Shown here: positions 15,759 through 24,770 of the stretch, piece by piece
How the letters are laid out: every line of letters starts with the position of its first letter
Numbering within the stretch: the first letter of the stretch is position 1
NCBI GenBank assembly: GCA_028710695.1
Contig: JAQTTP010000005.1
Span: 1-32,000 of the forward strand
DNA from: Candidatus Iainarchaeum sp.
Lineage (GTDB): Archaea; Iainarchaeota; Iainarchaeia; Iainarchaeales; 0-14-0-20-30-16
Length of the DNA: 32,000 nucleotides
Direction: 5' to 3'
The notes under the pieces: generated by a model
Told to the model about the DNA's origin: nothing
Databases searched by the model: none
What the model saw: only the letters and a program-made list of their open reading frames with translations
Translations under genes and position numbers: made by a program

Positions 15759-15944
15759 TTACATCCCCTACTGTATAACTAATAACAAAAATCTTTATAA
15801 TTGGATATTTCTTTCTTAATTGCTTAGGCAGGCCCTTAACCTGCTCTATTTATAAATATATAATATATACTACTAGTATAATATACAATAGTTAGAGTGC
15901 TATTCTAGTTCTAGATTGTGCAGGAGTTATTGTGTAGTTTAATT

Positions 15945-15951
15945 AGGAGGG
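15945..15951 (+). promoter_or_regulatory. Shine-Dalgarno sequence for the zinc-finger gene
   Basis: AGGAGGG lies 6 nt upstream of ATG 15958. It is the strongest SD match in the window. Confidence 0.5.
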
Positions 15952-15957
15952 AAATAA

Positions 15958-16140
15958 ATGGCATACAATAGAGACAACAACGATTATCAGCCTAGACAGA
16001 TGTATCCAGCTACTTGCTCTGAATGTGGAAAGAAATGTGAAGTTCCATTCAAGCCAATAGAAGGAAAACCAATATTCTGTAGAGATTGTTACGCAAAGAA
16101 GAAAGGCTATAAGAATAATTATAACAGAAATGAAGAATAG
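15958..16140 (+). CDS. CxxC-x17-CxxC zinc-finger domain protein
   Basis: 60 aa. CSECGKKCEVPFKPIEGKPIFCRDCY has exactly 17 residues between the two CxxC pairs, with the characteristic VPFKP...P.FCRDCY signature of that small-protein family. Both termini are Asn-rich. Confidence 0.8.
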   Translation: MAYNRDNNDYQPRQMYPATCSECGKKCEVPFKPIEGKPIFCRDCYAKKKGYKNNYNRNEE

Positions 16141-16164
16141 TTATACTTATCAGTTTTAACAATC

Positions 16165-16200
16165 CAAGAAAGCATTTCGCTTTCTTGTTTTCTTATTTTT
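16165..16200 (+). terminator. intrinsic-terminator-like hairpin plus T-rich tract
   Basis: CAAGAAAGC-ATTTC-GCTTTCTTG (16165..16187, a 9-bp perfect stem) is followed by ttttcttattttt. It lies 25 nt after the zinc-finger stop codon. Confidence 0.55.
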
Positions 16201-16279
16201 CTAATTCTTTTTAAAATAATAATAAAAATTGATATTACTAAAAAAATAATACAAACCAAGATGCACAGAGGTATTTATA

Positions 16280-17599
16280 GTGAAAATCCTATTAATTTAT
16301 GCAAAATCAAGTTTAGAAATCTCAGACCATACACAAGCCCCGCTTGGGATTTGTTATCTTGCGTCTTATATCAGACAAAAATCTAAGCATATTGTTGAAC
16401 TATTAGATGACACTATTGAAAGCAAAACCCTTGACAAAGTAGTAAAAGAATTTAAACCAGAACTTATTGGAATTTCATTTAGTGCTCTCTCTGCAAAAAG
16501 AGCATATAATATTGCAAAAAAGTTTAAAGGTAGGGCCATTTTTGTTGCTGGAGGACCATATGCTACCTTTTGCCCAGAAGAAGTTTTGAACAAAGGCTTT
16601 GATTTTGTTGTTTATGGGGAAGGTGAAAAAACTTTTTTACAATTAGTAAATAAATTAGAAGATAAAAAATCTTTGAAAAATCAAAAAGGAATAGTTTACA
16701 AAAAAGGGGGAAAAATCATTAAAAACATTCCGCAGCCACTAATCAAAAATTTGGATTCTCTTCCAACTCCTGCAAGAGACTTATTAAAAAAGAACAAGTA
16801 TATGCAAGGAGCAATAATGACATCTAGGGGTTGCCCATTTAACTGCTTATTTTGTAATTCAAGGAAATTTTGGCAGCAAACATATCGTTCAATGTCTGTC
16901 TCAAAAATATATAAGGAGTTAGAAGAACTAGTAAATAAATACAAATATAAACACATTTTTTTCAATGATGACACATTTACAATAAATCAAAATAAAGTAA
17001 TTGGGCTTTGCAAATTAATAATTAAGAAAAATTTGAAATTTACTTGGGCTGCATTGTCACGTGCAGATACTCTTTCTGAGGAAAGAATTAGTTGGATGAA
17101 AAAGGCTGGATGTAATCTGATTTTTATAGGAGTAGAATCTGGCTCAGAAAAAATCTTAAAAACAATAAATAAAAATATAAGTCTAGAACAAATAAAATAC
17201 GCGGTTCAGCTCTGTAAAAAACACAACATTACCTGCAGAACATCTTTTATTCTTGGGTTACCAGGAGATTACTCAGAACAACTGAAATCTCTAGATTTAA
17301 TGGAAGAAATTACTCCAGATAGTATAAACATCCATCTTCTTGCAATCTTTCCAGGATCTGAAATTTATGAAAATATGGGTAAATATGGCATAACATTTAA
17401 AAAATTAAAAAATTGGCAAGATTATTGTGCTTATTATTCCCTAAAATTATTCAAAATAATTAATTTCAATTACTTATCAAAAAAACAGGCAATAACTTTA
17501 TGTAAAATTTTTATAAAAAGACTTAAAAAAATTGGATATACTCATAGAGGAATGGATAGTTACAAAAAAGGCAGGACAATAAAAACATTTTTAGATTAG
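16280..17599 (+). CDS. B12-binding-domain radical SAM protein (class B-like)
   Basis: 439 aa with a GTG start and GAGGT 8 nt upstream. The N-terminal Rossmann-like B12-binding region starts MKILLIY...APLGICYLASY. The radical SAM cluster motif is SRGCPFNCLFCN (CxxxCxxC). Substrate is unknown. Confidence 0.9.
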   Translation: MKILLIYAKSSLEISDHTQAPLGICYLASYIRQKSKHIVELLDDTIESKTLDKVVKEFKPELIGISFSALSAKRAYNIAKKFKGRAIFVAGGPYATFCPEEVLNKGFDFVVYGEGEKTFLQLVNKLEDKKSLKNQKGIVYKKGGKIIKNIPQPLIKNLDSLPTPARDLLKKNKYMQGAIMTSRGCPFNCLFCNSRKFWQQTYRSMSVSKIYKELEELVNKYKYKHIFFNDDTFTINQNKVIGLCKLIIKKNLKFTWAALSRADTLSEERISWMKKAGCNLIFIGVESGSEKILKTINKNISLEQIKYAVQLCKKHNITCRTSFILGLPGDYSEQLKSLDLMEEITPDSINIHLLAIFPGSEIYENMGKYGITFKKLKNWQDYCAYYSLKLFKIINFNYLSKKQAITLCKIFIKRLKKIGYTHRGMDSYKKGRTIKTFLD

Positions 17600-17601
17600 A
17601 A

Positions 17602-18159
17602 TTATTGCTTACTTTTTCTAGTAATCTGCAAGATATACAATCTTTCAAAGAAGAAACTATCTTTGCCAATTATTTCGCTACTAAAGCCTGCTTTTGAGAG
17701 CTTCTTCTCTGTGGCTTCTAAGTCATTGTAATCTGCATGAAGCAAAAGAACAACCCCATCCTGCTTCAAGAACTTCTTAAATCCCTTCAAGAAAATGTCA
17801 ATGAAATGCCTCCCTTTCTCCAAACCATCTACAGTGATATCCTTGATATCATCAGAAGGAAGATAAGGTGGATTAAAGAATATAAGATCAAAATCTTTCT
17901 CTTGTAGGGAACTAAACATGTCACTCTGAATAAAAATTATATCAAGCCTTTTTTTCTTGGCTTCTTTCTTTGAAACCTCGAGAGCAGCAGGGTCAACATC
18001 TAAAGCAAACACTTTTGCTCCTTTCTCAGCACAGAAGAAAGAGTTATAGCAATTCCCACATCCAACTTCAAGGACTTTTTTTCCTACTAGCCCGAACTCA
18101 GAATCATAGAAATGAAGAGCCTTGTTCATCAGAAAGGTATCTTCACGGGGAGAGTACAT
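17602..18159 (-). CDS. HemK/PrmC-related (Mtq2-like) N5-glutamine-type methyltransferase
   Basis: 185 aa. It has SAM motif I VLEVGCGNC, ALDVD, and the diagnostic NPPY tetrad (FFNPPYLPS). The size fits the archaeal/eukaryal Mtq2 class better than bacterial PrmC. Confidence 0.8.
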   Translation of the reverse strand: MYSPREDTFLMNKALHFYDSEFGLVGKKVLEVGCGNCYNSFFCAEKGAKVFALDVDPAALEVSKKEAKKKRLDIIFIQSDMFSSLQEKDFDLIFFNPPYLPSDDIKDITVDGLEKGRHFIDIFLKGFKKFLKQDGVVLLLHADYNDLEATEKKLSKAGFSSEIIGKDSFFFERLYILQITRKSKQ

Positions 18160-18177
18160 AGATTATCACAAAAAAAA

Positions 18178-18540
18178 TTATTGATCGGCTACAAGTTTTT
18201 TCCTTAAAAGGATTTGCCTTATTGCTCGCAAGGTTATTTGTCTGGTTGTAAGATCATATTTTGGAGGTACTTCCACACCACGCCTAATATCATTAAATTC
18301 AGATTCTATGGCCTCCAACTGTTCTTGAAGCTTTACCATTATTTTCCGATCAGGCCTACTCTTTGCTCTTAAAGCCAGATCCAAAACTGATTTCAATCTC
18401 CTTATCTCCGCCAAACCATTTGATGAATTAATATATCTATGTACTGCCACATCCCGGGGGGCAATTAATGGCCTTTCTTTTTGAAATTCTGGTCTTTTAA
18501 ATTCAAGTTTTTCTATCCTTCTAGGTTCTACAGCCACCAT
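18178..18540 (-). CDS. hypothetical protein (helical, basic)
   Basis: 120-aa ORF lying 6 nt downstream of the 143-aa ORF and 18 nt upstream of the methyltransferase on the same strand. No recognisable motif and no Cys. Confidence 0.65.
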   Translation of the reverse strand: MVAVEPRRIEKLEFKRPEFQKERPLIAPRDVAVHRYINSSNGLAEIRRLKSVLDLALRAKSRPDRKIMVKLQEQLEAIESEFNDIRRGVEVPPKYDLTTRQITLRAIRQILLRKKLVADQ

Positions 18541-18546
18541 CTCACC

Positions 18547-18978
18547 TTATTTTTTTCCCTTGTTTATTGGTATTGGGACTCCTGAGTAATCTACTGTTAG
18601 ATTCCCAACCTTTAGAATCTTTCTCAAAAGGTAAACTTTCATATACTCTTTAAGCTTATCCTTGGTTTTATTGTCCGCTGTTGCAGGGATCAAAGAGTTA
18701 ATGAGTTTAGAAGCATTTACTCCAGTTATTTCTTTCAAAACAAGAGCAAAGTCTTCCTCTTTCTTAAGCTTTCCAGAAACAAGGCTTGTGGAGAATTCAT
18801 CCAATTTCTTAATATCTACAATTTTCCCTAAATATTCGAATAATTTACTATCAAAGCTAAGTGAAATTGATGCTAAAAAATCAGCCACATCTATTGGTGG
18901 AACATTATCATCTATTTTTAACTTCTTAACCGCTTGCCAACCTTTACAGTTAGCTATGAATTGTACTTGTTCTTCCAT
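18547..18978 (-). CDS. hypothetical protein
   Basis: 143-aa ORF, first gene of the minus-strand trio divergent from ileS. No recognisable motif. Confidence 0.65.
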   Translation of the reverse strand: MEEQVQFIANCKGWQAVKKLKIDDNVPPIDVADFLASISLSFDSKLFEYLGKIVDIKKLDEFSTSLVSGKLKKEEDFALVLKEITGVNASKLINSLIPATADNKTKDKLKEYMKVYLLRKILKVGNLTVDYSGVPIPINKGKK

Positions 18979-19069
18979 GTTTTATCACTCCTTAATCGCA
19001 ATCACAAGATTTATAAAAGAATCAACTCAATAATAACTATATAATTTCTACTTATATATATGTTTTGGT

Positions 19070-21928
19070 GTGATAATAATGGGAATAGGGCATGTTGATT
19101 TGGAAAATAAAATATCCCAATTTTGGGAAAAGAACAAAACCTTTGAAAAATCTGTTGAAAAAAGGCCAAAAGACAAAGAATACATCTTTTATGACGGCCC
19201 ACCTTTTGCAACAGGAGTTCCTCACTATGGTCACATCTTAGGTTTAACAAGCAAAGATCTATTTCCAAGATACTGGACTATGAAAGGATTCCGAGTAGAA
19301 AGAAAATGGGGTTGGGACTGTCACGGCCTACCAATAGAAAACATCGCAGAGAAAGAGCTTGGAATAAAGAACAAAAAGCAGATTGAAGAAATGGGAATAG
19401 ATAAATTCAATGAATTCTGTAGATCCAAGGTTCTATACTTTGTAAACGAGTGGGGAAAGACAGTAAAAAGAATGGGAAAATGGATTGAATTTGATAACTC
19501 CTACAAAACAATGGACTCTAGTTATATGGAAACTGTATGGTGGATATTCAAGACTTTGCACGACAGGGGTTATGTATACGAAGGCAAGAAAGTTCTAATG
19601 TACTGCCCAAGATGCCAGACACCAATAGCAAACGCAGAAATTGATATGGATAATTCTTATAAGGACATCACAGAAAAGACAATCACTGCAAAATTCAAAT
19701 TAAAAGATGAGAAAGACACTTACTTCTTGGCATGGACAACAACACCATGGACTTTAATTGGAAATGCAGCACTAGCAGTAAATGAGAATCTAACTTATGT
19801 TAAAGTAGAGTCCGGAAGCGAAAAATACATTCTTGTAAAAGAAAGACTAAAAGAAGTTTTCAAAAGCAAGCCTTACAAAGTTTTAGAAGAATTCAAAGGC
19901 TCAAAAATAGTTGGAAAGGATTATCTTCCGCTTTACAAATTAGAAACAAAAAACAAAGGCTATTATGTAATTGCGGGTGGAAACGAAGTTACATCAGAAG
20001 ATGGAACCGGAATAGTTCACATGGCAACATATGGTGAATTCGATTATGAAATGATTAAAAAATACAAGCTTCCAATATTCCAACACATTGGAAACAACGG
20101 AACTTTGGTAGAGGGGCCAAAAGAATGGCTTGGAATGTGGTTCAAAGAGGTAGATAAAAGAGTTCTAGAAGATTTAGAAAATAAAGGAATAACTTTCAGC
20201 ACAGAGGACTATGCGCACTCATACCCTTTCTGCTACAGATGTAACACACCTCTAATCTACAACGCAGTAGCATCTTGGTTTATAGATATTACAAAAATAA
20301 AAAAAGAAATTCTAAAAAGAGGAAAAGAAATCAAATGGCACCCAGCATCAAAAATGGAAAAGAGATTCTTAAACATAGTTGAAACAGCACCAGATTGGTG
20401 TATTGCAAGAAACAGATATTGGGCAACAGCAATTCCCGTTTGGAAATGTAGCTGTGGAAACCAAAAGATAATTGGAAGCATAGAAGAACTAAGTAAATCA
20501 GCAATAGAAAAAGTTCCAAAAGATCTAGACTTACACAAGCACATTGTTGACAACATCCACCTAAAATGTGAAAAGTGTGGAAAGAAAATGGAAAGAATTC
20601 CAGAAGTTCTAGACTGTTGGATGGAATCTGGGGCTATGCCTTATGCTTCAAAGCATTATCCTTTTGAAAACAAAGAAAAGTTTGATTCTATATTCCCCGC
20701 AGACTTTGTTTCAGAATATGTTGCACAAGTAAGAACCTGGTTCTACTACATGCACGTTCTTGGTGTTTTACTATTTGATCACGCACCATTCCAGCACGTA
20801 GTTGTTACTGGAAACATATTAGCAGCAGATGGCCAGAAGATGTCAAAATCAAAGAACAACTTCCCAGATCCAAGCTTAATGTTTGACAAGTTCGGAGCAG
20901 ATTCTTTAAGATTTTATTTGATGTCAAACCCAGTTATGAACGGAGAAGACATTAACTTTAATGAAGAAGTTTTGAAAGATGTAAACAGGAAAGTCTATGG
21001 ACTTCTATCCAACATAAAATCATTCTACGAACTATTCAACGACGGAAAAGGAGAGCTAGATAATACAAAATCAAAGAACTTACTTGATATCTGGCTAATA
21101 AGCAAGACTAATAACCTAATTAAAGATGTCACAAGTAGTCTAGACAATTACGACACAGTAAACACTTGTGCAAAAATATTAGATTACATTGTTGAATTAT
21201 CTACATGGTATGTAAGAAGAAGCAGAGATAGATTCAAAGGCAAGGATGCAAAAGACAAACAAGCAGCGATTAATACTTTGGGCTATGCACTAAGAAACCT
21301 TTCATTAATAATTGCACCAATAACTCCATTCATTGCTGAAGATGTACACCAAGCATTAATGAAAGGGCATAAAGAATTAGAAGAATCTGTGCATCTTGAG
21401 TTATGGCCAAAAGCAAACTCAAAAGCAATAAATACAGAAGTTATGAAAAACATGGATTTAACTAGAGATCTAGTAACAAAAGCATTGAGCGAAAGAGAAA
21501 CAGCAAAGATTCCAATAAAGCAGCCACTATCAACACTGACAATCTTTGGAGCAGATCTTGATAAAGAGTATTTAGAATTAATAAAAGACGAACTAAATAT
21601 TAAAGAAATAAAACTAAAAGCAGGAAAAGAAGTGAAAATGGAATTAGACATAAAAATAACTCCTGAACTTCTACAAGAAAGGATTTCAAGAGAGTTAATA
21701 AGAAACGTAAATGAACTAAGAAAACAAGAGAACTTAACTCTAAAAGACAGAATCGAGCTTTGTATAGACACCGAATCAGATCTAATAAAAAAGAGCGCAG
21801 AGAGATTTAAGCAAAGCATTATGGATTCTGTTCAAGCAGACAAGCTAGAGTTCAAAAAAAGCGAGAAAGCAAAAGAGTTCATAATCGATAAAGAGGCAGT
21901 AAATATTGGTTTTAAAGTAAAAAGATGA
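19070..21928 (+). CDS. ileS: isoleucine--tRNA ligase
   Basis: It carries PPFATGVPHYGHIL (HIGH), KMSKSK (KMSKS), WDCHGLP, an editing-domain TTTPWTL, and Zn-type CPRC and CYRC pairs. The track start is GTG 19070. ATG 19079 (MGIGHVD...) is a plausible alternative. Confidence 0.95.
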   Translation: MIIMGIGHVDLENKISQFWEKNKTFEKSVEKRPKDKEYIFYDGPPFATGVPHYGHILGLTSKDLFPRYWTMKGFRVERKWGWDCHGLPIENIAEKELGIKNKKQIEEMGIDKFNEFCRSKVLYFVNEWGKTVKRMGKWIEFDNSYKTMDSSYMETVWWIFKTLHDRGYVYEGKKVLMYCPRCQTPIANAEIDMDNSYKDITEKTITAKFKLKDEKDTYFLAWTTTPWTLIGNAALAVNENLTYVKVESGSEKYILVKERLKEVFKSKPYKVLEEFKGSKIVGKDYLPLYKLETKNKGYYVIAGGNEVTSEDGTGIVHMATYGEFDYEMIKKYKLPIFQHIGNNGTLVEGPKEWLGMWFKEVDKRVLEDLENKGITFSTEDYAHSYPFCYRCNTPLIYNAVASWFIDITKIKKEILKRGKEIKWHPASKMEKRFLNIVETAPDWCIARNRYWATAIPVWKCSCGNQKIIGSIEELSKSAIEKVPKDLDLHKHIVDNIHLKCEKCGKKMERIPEVLDCWMESGAMPYASKHYPFENKEKFDSIFPADFVSEYVAQVRTWFYYMHVLGVLLFDHAPFQHVVVTGNILAADGQKMSKSKNNFPDPSLMFDKFGADSLRFYLMSNPVMNGEDINFNEEVLKDVNRKVYGLLSNIKSFYELFNDGKGELDNTKSKNLLDIWLISKTNNLIKDVTSSLDNYDTVNTCAKILDYIVELSTWYVRRSRDRFKGKDAKDKQAAINTLGYALRNLSLIIAPITPFIAEDVHQALMKGHKELEESVHLELWPKANSKAINTEVMKNMDLTRDLVTKALSERETAKIPIKQPLSTLTIFGADLDKEYLELIKDELNIKEIKLKAGKEVKMELDIKITPELLQERISRELIRNVNELRKQENLTLKDRIELCIDTESDLIKKSAERFKQSIMDSVQADKLEFKKSEKAKEFIIDKEAVNIGFKVKR

Positions 21929-21932
21929 TTCT

Positions 21933-22871
21933 ATGGTTGAATATATCAAGGATGTTATTTGGAAGAACGGCCAGAAAGTAAGCGACTTTTTAGAGCAGAT
22001 GAAAGCCAATGGATATCAAAGCATAGAGCTCTATAAAGCAGCAGAAATAATCTACAAGATGAAAAAAGAGAAAGCAAAGATCTTTCTAACATTTACATCT
22101 AACTTAGGAACATCAGGATTAAGAGGGCTTTTTGCACAGCTAATAAAGCTTGGACTTGCAGACATAATTGTTACAACTGCTGGGGCTTTAGAAGAAGATA
22201 TTATGAAATCAATAGGAGAAAAATTCTTAATAACTAGATTTAATGCAGATGATATTGCATTACACGAAAAAGGCCATAACAGAGTAGGAAATATTGCAAT
22301 AACTACAGACACCTACCAAAAATTTGAAGGCTTTATAATTCCAATTTTAGAAAAAATAGCAAAAGAAAAAAAATCTTTAACAACTTCTGAATTAATTTAT
22401 GAAATTGGCAAAAACCTAAAAGATAATAATTCTTTTATAAGACAGGCATATCTAAAGAAAGTTCCAATACACTGCCCATCAATTATTGATGGCTCAATTG
22501 GATTCCAATTATATTTCGTGAAACAAAAGCATCCAGAATTTAACATAGATATTATTAGCGATTTCAAAGAAACAATGTTTTATACAACCCAGGACGACAG
22601 AAAAGGAGTAATTGCTTTAGGTGGAGGAGTTTCAAAGCACTTTGCAATTCTATCCTCCCTTATAAGTGGTGGAATGGACTATGCAGTATATATCACCACT
22701 GCAAATGCAACTTCCGGCAGTGCATCAGGAGCAACAACAAGCGAGGCAAAGAGTTGGGGAAAAATAAAAGATGATGCAGACTCAGTTACAGTAAAGGGGG
22801 ATGCAACTGTTCTATTTCCACTTGTTATGTTCTCAGTTTTAGACAGACTTAAAAAAGAAGGGGAAATATAA
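21933..22871 (+). CDS. dys: deoxyhypusine synthase
   Basis: 312 aa. It has TTAGALEEDIMK (the GG-x-EED-type NAD/spermidine site) and SEAKSWGKIK, matching the EA-x-SWGKI motif that carries the catalytic Lys. It starts 4 nt after the ileS stop. Confidence 0.9.
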   Translation: MVEYIKDVIWKNGQKVSDFLEQMKANGYQSIELYKAAEIIYKMKKEKAKIFLTFTSNLGTSGLRGLFAQLIKLGLADIIVTTAGALEEDIMKSIGEKFLITRFNADDIALHEKGHNRVGNIAITTDTYQKFEGFIIPILEKIAKEKKSLTTSELIYEIGKNLKDNNSFIRQAYLKKVPIHCPSIIDGSIGFQLYFVKQKHPEFNIDIISDFKETMFYTTQDDRKGVIALGGGVSKHFAILSSLISGGMDYAVYITTANATSGSASGATTSEAKSWGKIKDDADSVTVKGDATVLFPLVMFSVLDRLKKEGEI

Positions 22872-23887
22872 TGGCTTATTTTGAATTAAGCAAAAAGGTT
22901 CTAAAAGAATATTATAAAAAGCTTGAGCCTATTGCAGACATTATTGCTTATAATTTAAAATCAAATGAAGTTGTGGGCAAAGTTCTAGAAGCAGAGACAG
23001 GCTGCCAATTTACAATCAGCTCTATAAACTCAATAAATACAATAAAAGACAAAAAAAGAATAATTTATATTCTGCAAGGTGAAGAAAAAAAAGAAGTTGA
23101 AAAGATCTTCAACTCAGGAATCCACTCTTTTATTGTAGATAACCCAAATGACTTGAAAAATGTTGTAACTCTAAACAAAAAAGTAACTTTATTTTTAAGA
23201 ATGAAATTCAAAGAACACACAGTTTATACTGGAAAATATTTTGTGTACGGCTTCAGCTGGCAAGATACAAACAAGTTAATCAAAGAGCTTTCAAAGAACA
23301 AAAACATTGAGCTTGGGATTCACTTCCACAGAAAAACACAGAATATTGGAGAATGGAATTTAGCAGAAGAGTTCTTTGAAGCAATCGAGGAAGAAAACTT
23401 CAAGCACATAAAAATAATAAACATCGGTGGCGGAATCCCAATTGAATATGTAAATTCAATGCCAGACACAAAAGCAATTATGGCAAGCATAAAAGATTTT
23501 AAGACAAAGTTAAACAAACTTGGAGTAAAGCTTATGGTAGAGCCAGGAAGGTTTTTAGCAGCCCCCGGCATAAGACTTCATTCAAAAATAAAAAACATTT
23601 ACGACAACAACATAATTCTTGACTGTTCAATTTACAATGCCTATTTTGATACTTACCTATTCCACATGCGTTTGATGGTATTAGATGAAAACAAAGGCAA
23701 AGAAAAATATCTTCTAAAAGGAATGTCTCCTGACTCTTTAGATATATTCAGATATTCCATAATGCTTCCAAAAAAGAAAATAGGAGATTACATTACATTC
23801 CTAAATGCGGGAGCATATAATTTTTATTCAGAATTCAACAATATGGACAAAATTGAAACAAAAATAGTAAATGATTTCAAGAAGTGA
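22871..23887 (+). CDS. PLP-dependent decarboxylase, alanine-racemase-fold Orn/Arg/DAP decarboxylase family (minimal, divergent)
   Basis: 338 aa with colinear family motifs: AYNLKSN (PLP-Lys at K30), HFHRKTQ, NIGGGIP, VEPGRFL, LNAGAYNF. The GPTCDxxD position reads GMSPDSLD. The start ATG shares a base with the dys stop (TAATG). Confidence 0.8.
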   Translation: MAYFELSKKVLKEYYKKLEPIADIIAYNLKSNEVVGKVLEAETGCQFTISSINSINTIKDKKRIIYILQGEEKKEVEKIFNSGIHSFIVDNPNDLKNVVTLNKKVTLFLRMKFKEHTVYTGKYFVYGFSWQDTNKLIKELSKNKNIELGIHFHRKTQNIGEWNLAEEFFEAIEEENFKHIKIINIGGGIPIEYVNSMPDTKAIMASIKDFKTKLNKLGVKLMVEPGRFLAAPGIRLHSKIKNIYDNNIILDCSIYNAYFDTYLFHMRLMVLDENKGKEKYLLKGMSPDSLDIFRYSIMLPKKKIGDYITFLNAGAYNFYSEFNNMDKIETKIVNDFKK

Positions 23888-24723
23888 TTCCTATGTCTAG
23901 CGATTCCATGCTTTATCTAAAGAAACAAAACTTGATCCCATACACAAACAAGAATGCAAAAATTGGAATACTGGGAATACCTTTTGATTCAACATCAATA
24001 GAAGTTCCGGGCCAGAGATTTGGGCCAAGGGACATAAGAGAGCAATTTTCAAAACTTTACGGCTATGACTTTGAAACAAAGCAAAACATATATGAAAAAA
24101 TTGATGATTTAGGAGACATTGACGCTGTGCACGGAAGCTTTGAACTTACAGCAGAAAGAATAAAAGACACGATCGATCATCTAGATAAGAAGCCAATATT
24201 CTTAGGCGGAGAACATTCAATAACCCACGCAATAGTAAAATGCCTAAAGCCCGACGTTTTAGTCATATTTGATGCTCACGCAGATCTTTTTGATACTTAT
24301 CAAGGAGAAAAATATTCACATATTTCTTATTTACACAAAATTATGTCTGAAAAATTAGTAAAAAAAGCATATGTGTTCGGCTGCAGAGCATACACACAAG
24401 AAGAATTGGAGTTTGCAAAGAAATTCAAAGTGGTTTTAGTAAACCCAAAAGATGTAAAAAAAGAAGTTAAGAAAATAAAGAAACAGAACATCTACCTTTC
24501 TGTTGATCTAGATGTTTTAGAATTCAATCTTGCAATGGGCACAGGTACTCCAGAATTCGGTGGCTTATCATTAAACGATCTTTTGAGCCACATAAAAACA
24601 GTATTATCTAATAACAAAGTAGTTGGGGCAGACATAGTAGAACTTAACCCACTAATAGATTCTCAAAAGACAACCACTTTCTGTGCTGCCCAGATTTTGA
24701 AAGAAATAATACTACACATGTAG
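23884..24723 (+). CDS. speB: agmatinase / ureohydrolase (arginase family)
   Basis: 279 aa with the Mn-ligand motifs LGGEHSITH, FDAHADL, SVDLDVL and VGADIVELNP..D. The GTG start overlaps the upstream stop (GTGA). ATG 23893 is an alternative start. Confidence 0.85.
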   Translation: MIPMSSDSMLYLKKQNLIPYTNKNAKIGILGIPFDSTSIEVPGQRFGPRDIREQFSKLYGYDFETKQNIYEKIDDLGDIDAVHGSFELTAERIKDTIDHLDKKPIFLGGEHSITHAIVKCLKPDVLVIFDAHADLFDTYQGEKYSHISYLHKIMSEKLVKKAYVFGCRAYTQEELEFAKKFKVVLVNPKDVKKEVKKIKKQNIYLSVDLDVLEFNLAMGTGTPEFGGLSLNDLLSHIKTVLSNNKVVGADIVELNPLIDSQKTTTFCAAQILKEIILHM

Positions 24724-24770
24724 AGCAAGATCGGCTTTAGTTAGGTTAGGCCTGGTTTTTGCACCTACTT

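Noticed and set aside
15826-15846. A GC-rich mini-hairpin (GGCAGG-cccttaa-CCTGCT) in the mbf1 / zinc-finger divergent intergenic region, considered as a possible small RNA or riboswitch fragment.
   Set aside because: It has only a stem of 5-6 bp and no flanking conserved structure I can see. It has no T-run on either strand, and no tRNA-like or C/D-box features. It is most simply part of a shared promoter region with TATA-like boxes at about 15794..15800 and about 15849..15870.
15958-17599. Possibility that the 60-aa Cys-containing protein is a RiPP precursor matured by the adjacent B12-radical SAM enzyme.
   Set aside because: The small protein is a complete CxxC-x17-CxxC zinc-finger domain, a widespread standalone family, rather than a leader-core peptide. 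A 9-bp hairpin plus T-tract terminator (16165..16200) separates the genes, and the rSAM gene has its own SD. Only adjacency supports the idea.
16280-17599. Flagging the B12-dependent radical SAM enzyme as anomalous for a presumably cobalamin-auxotrophic reduced genome.
   Set aside because: The genome's cofactor repertoire cannot be judged from this window. B12-binding-domain rSAM proteins are common and diverse in archaea, so nothing in the sequence itself is unusual.
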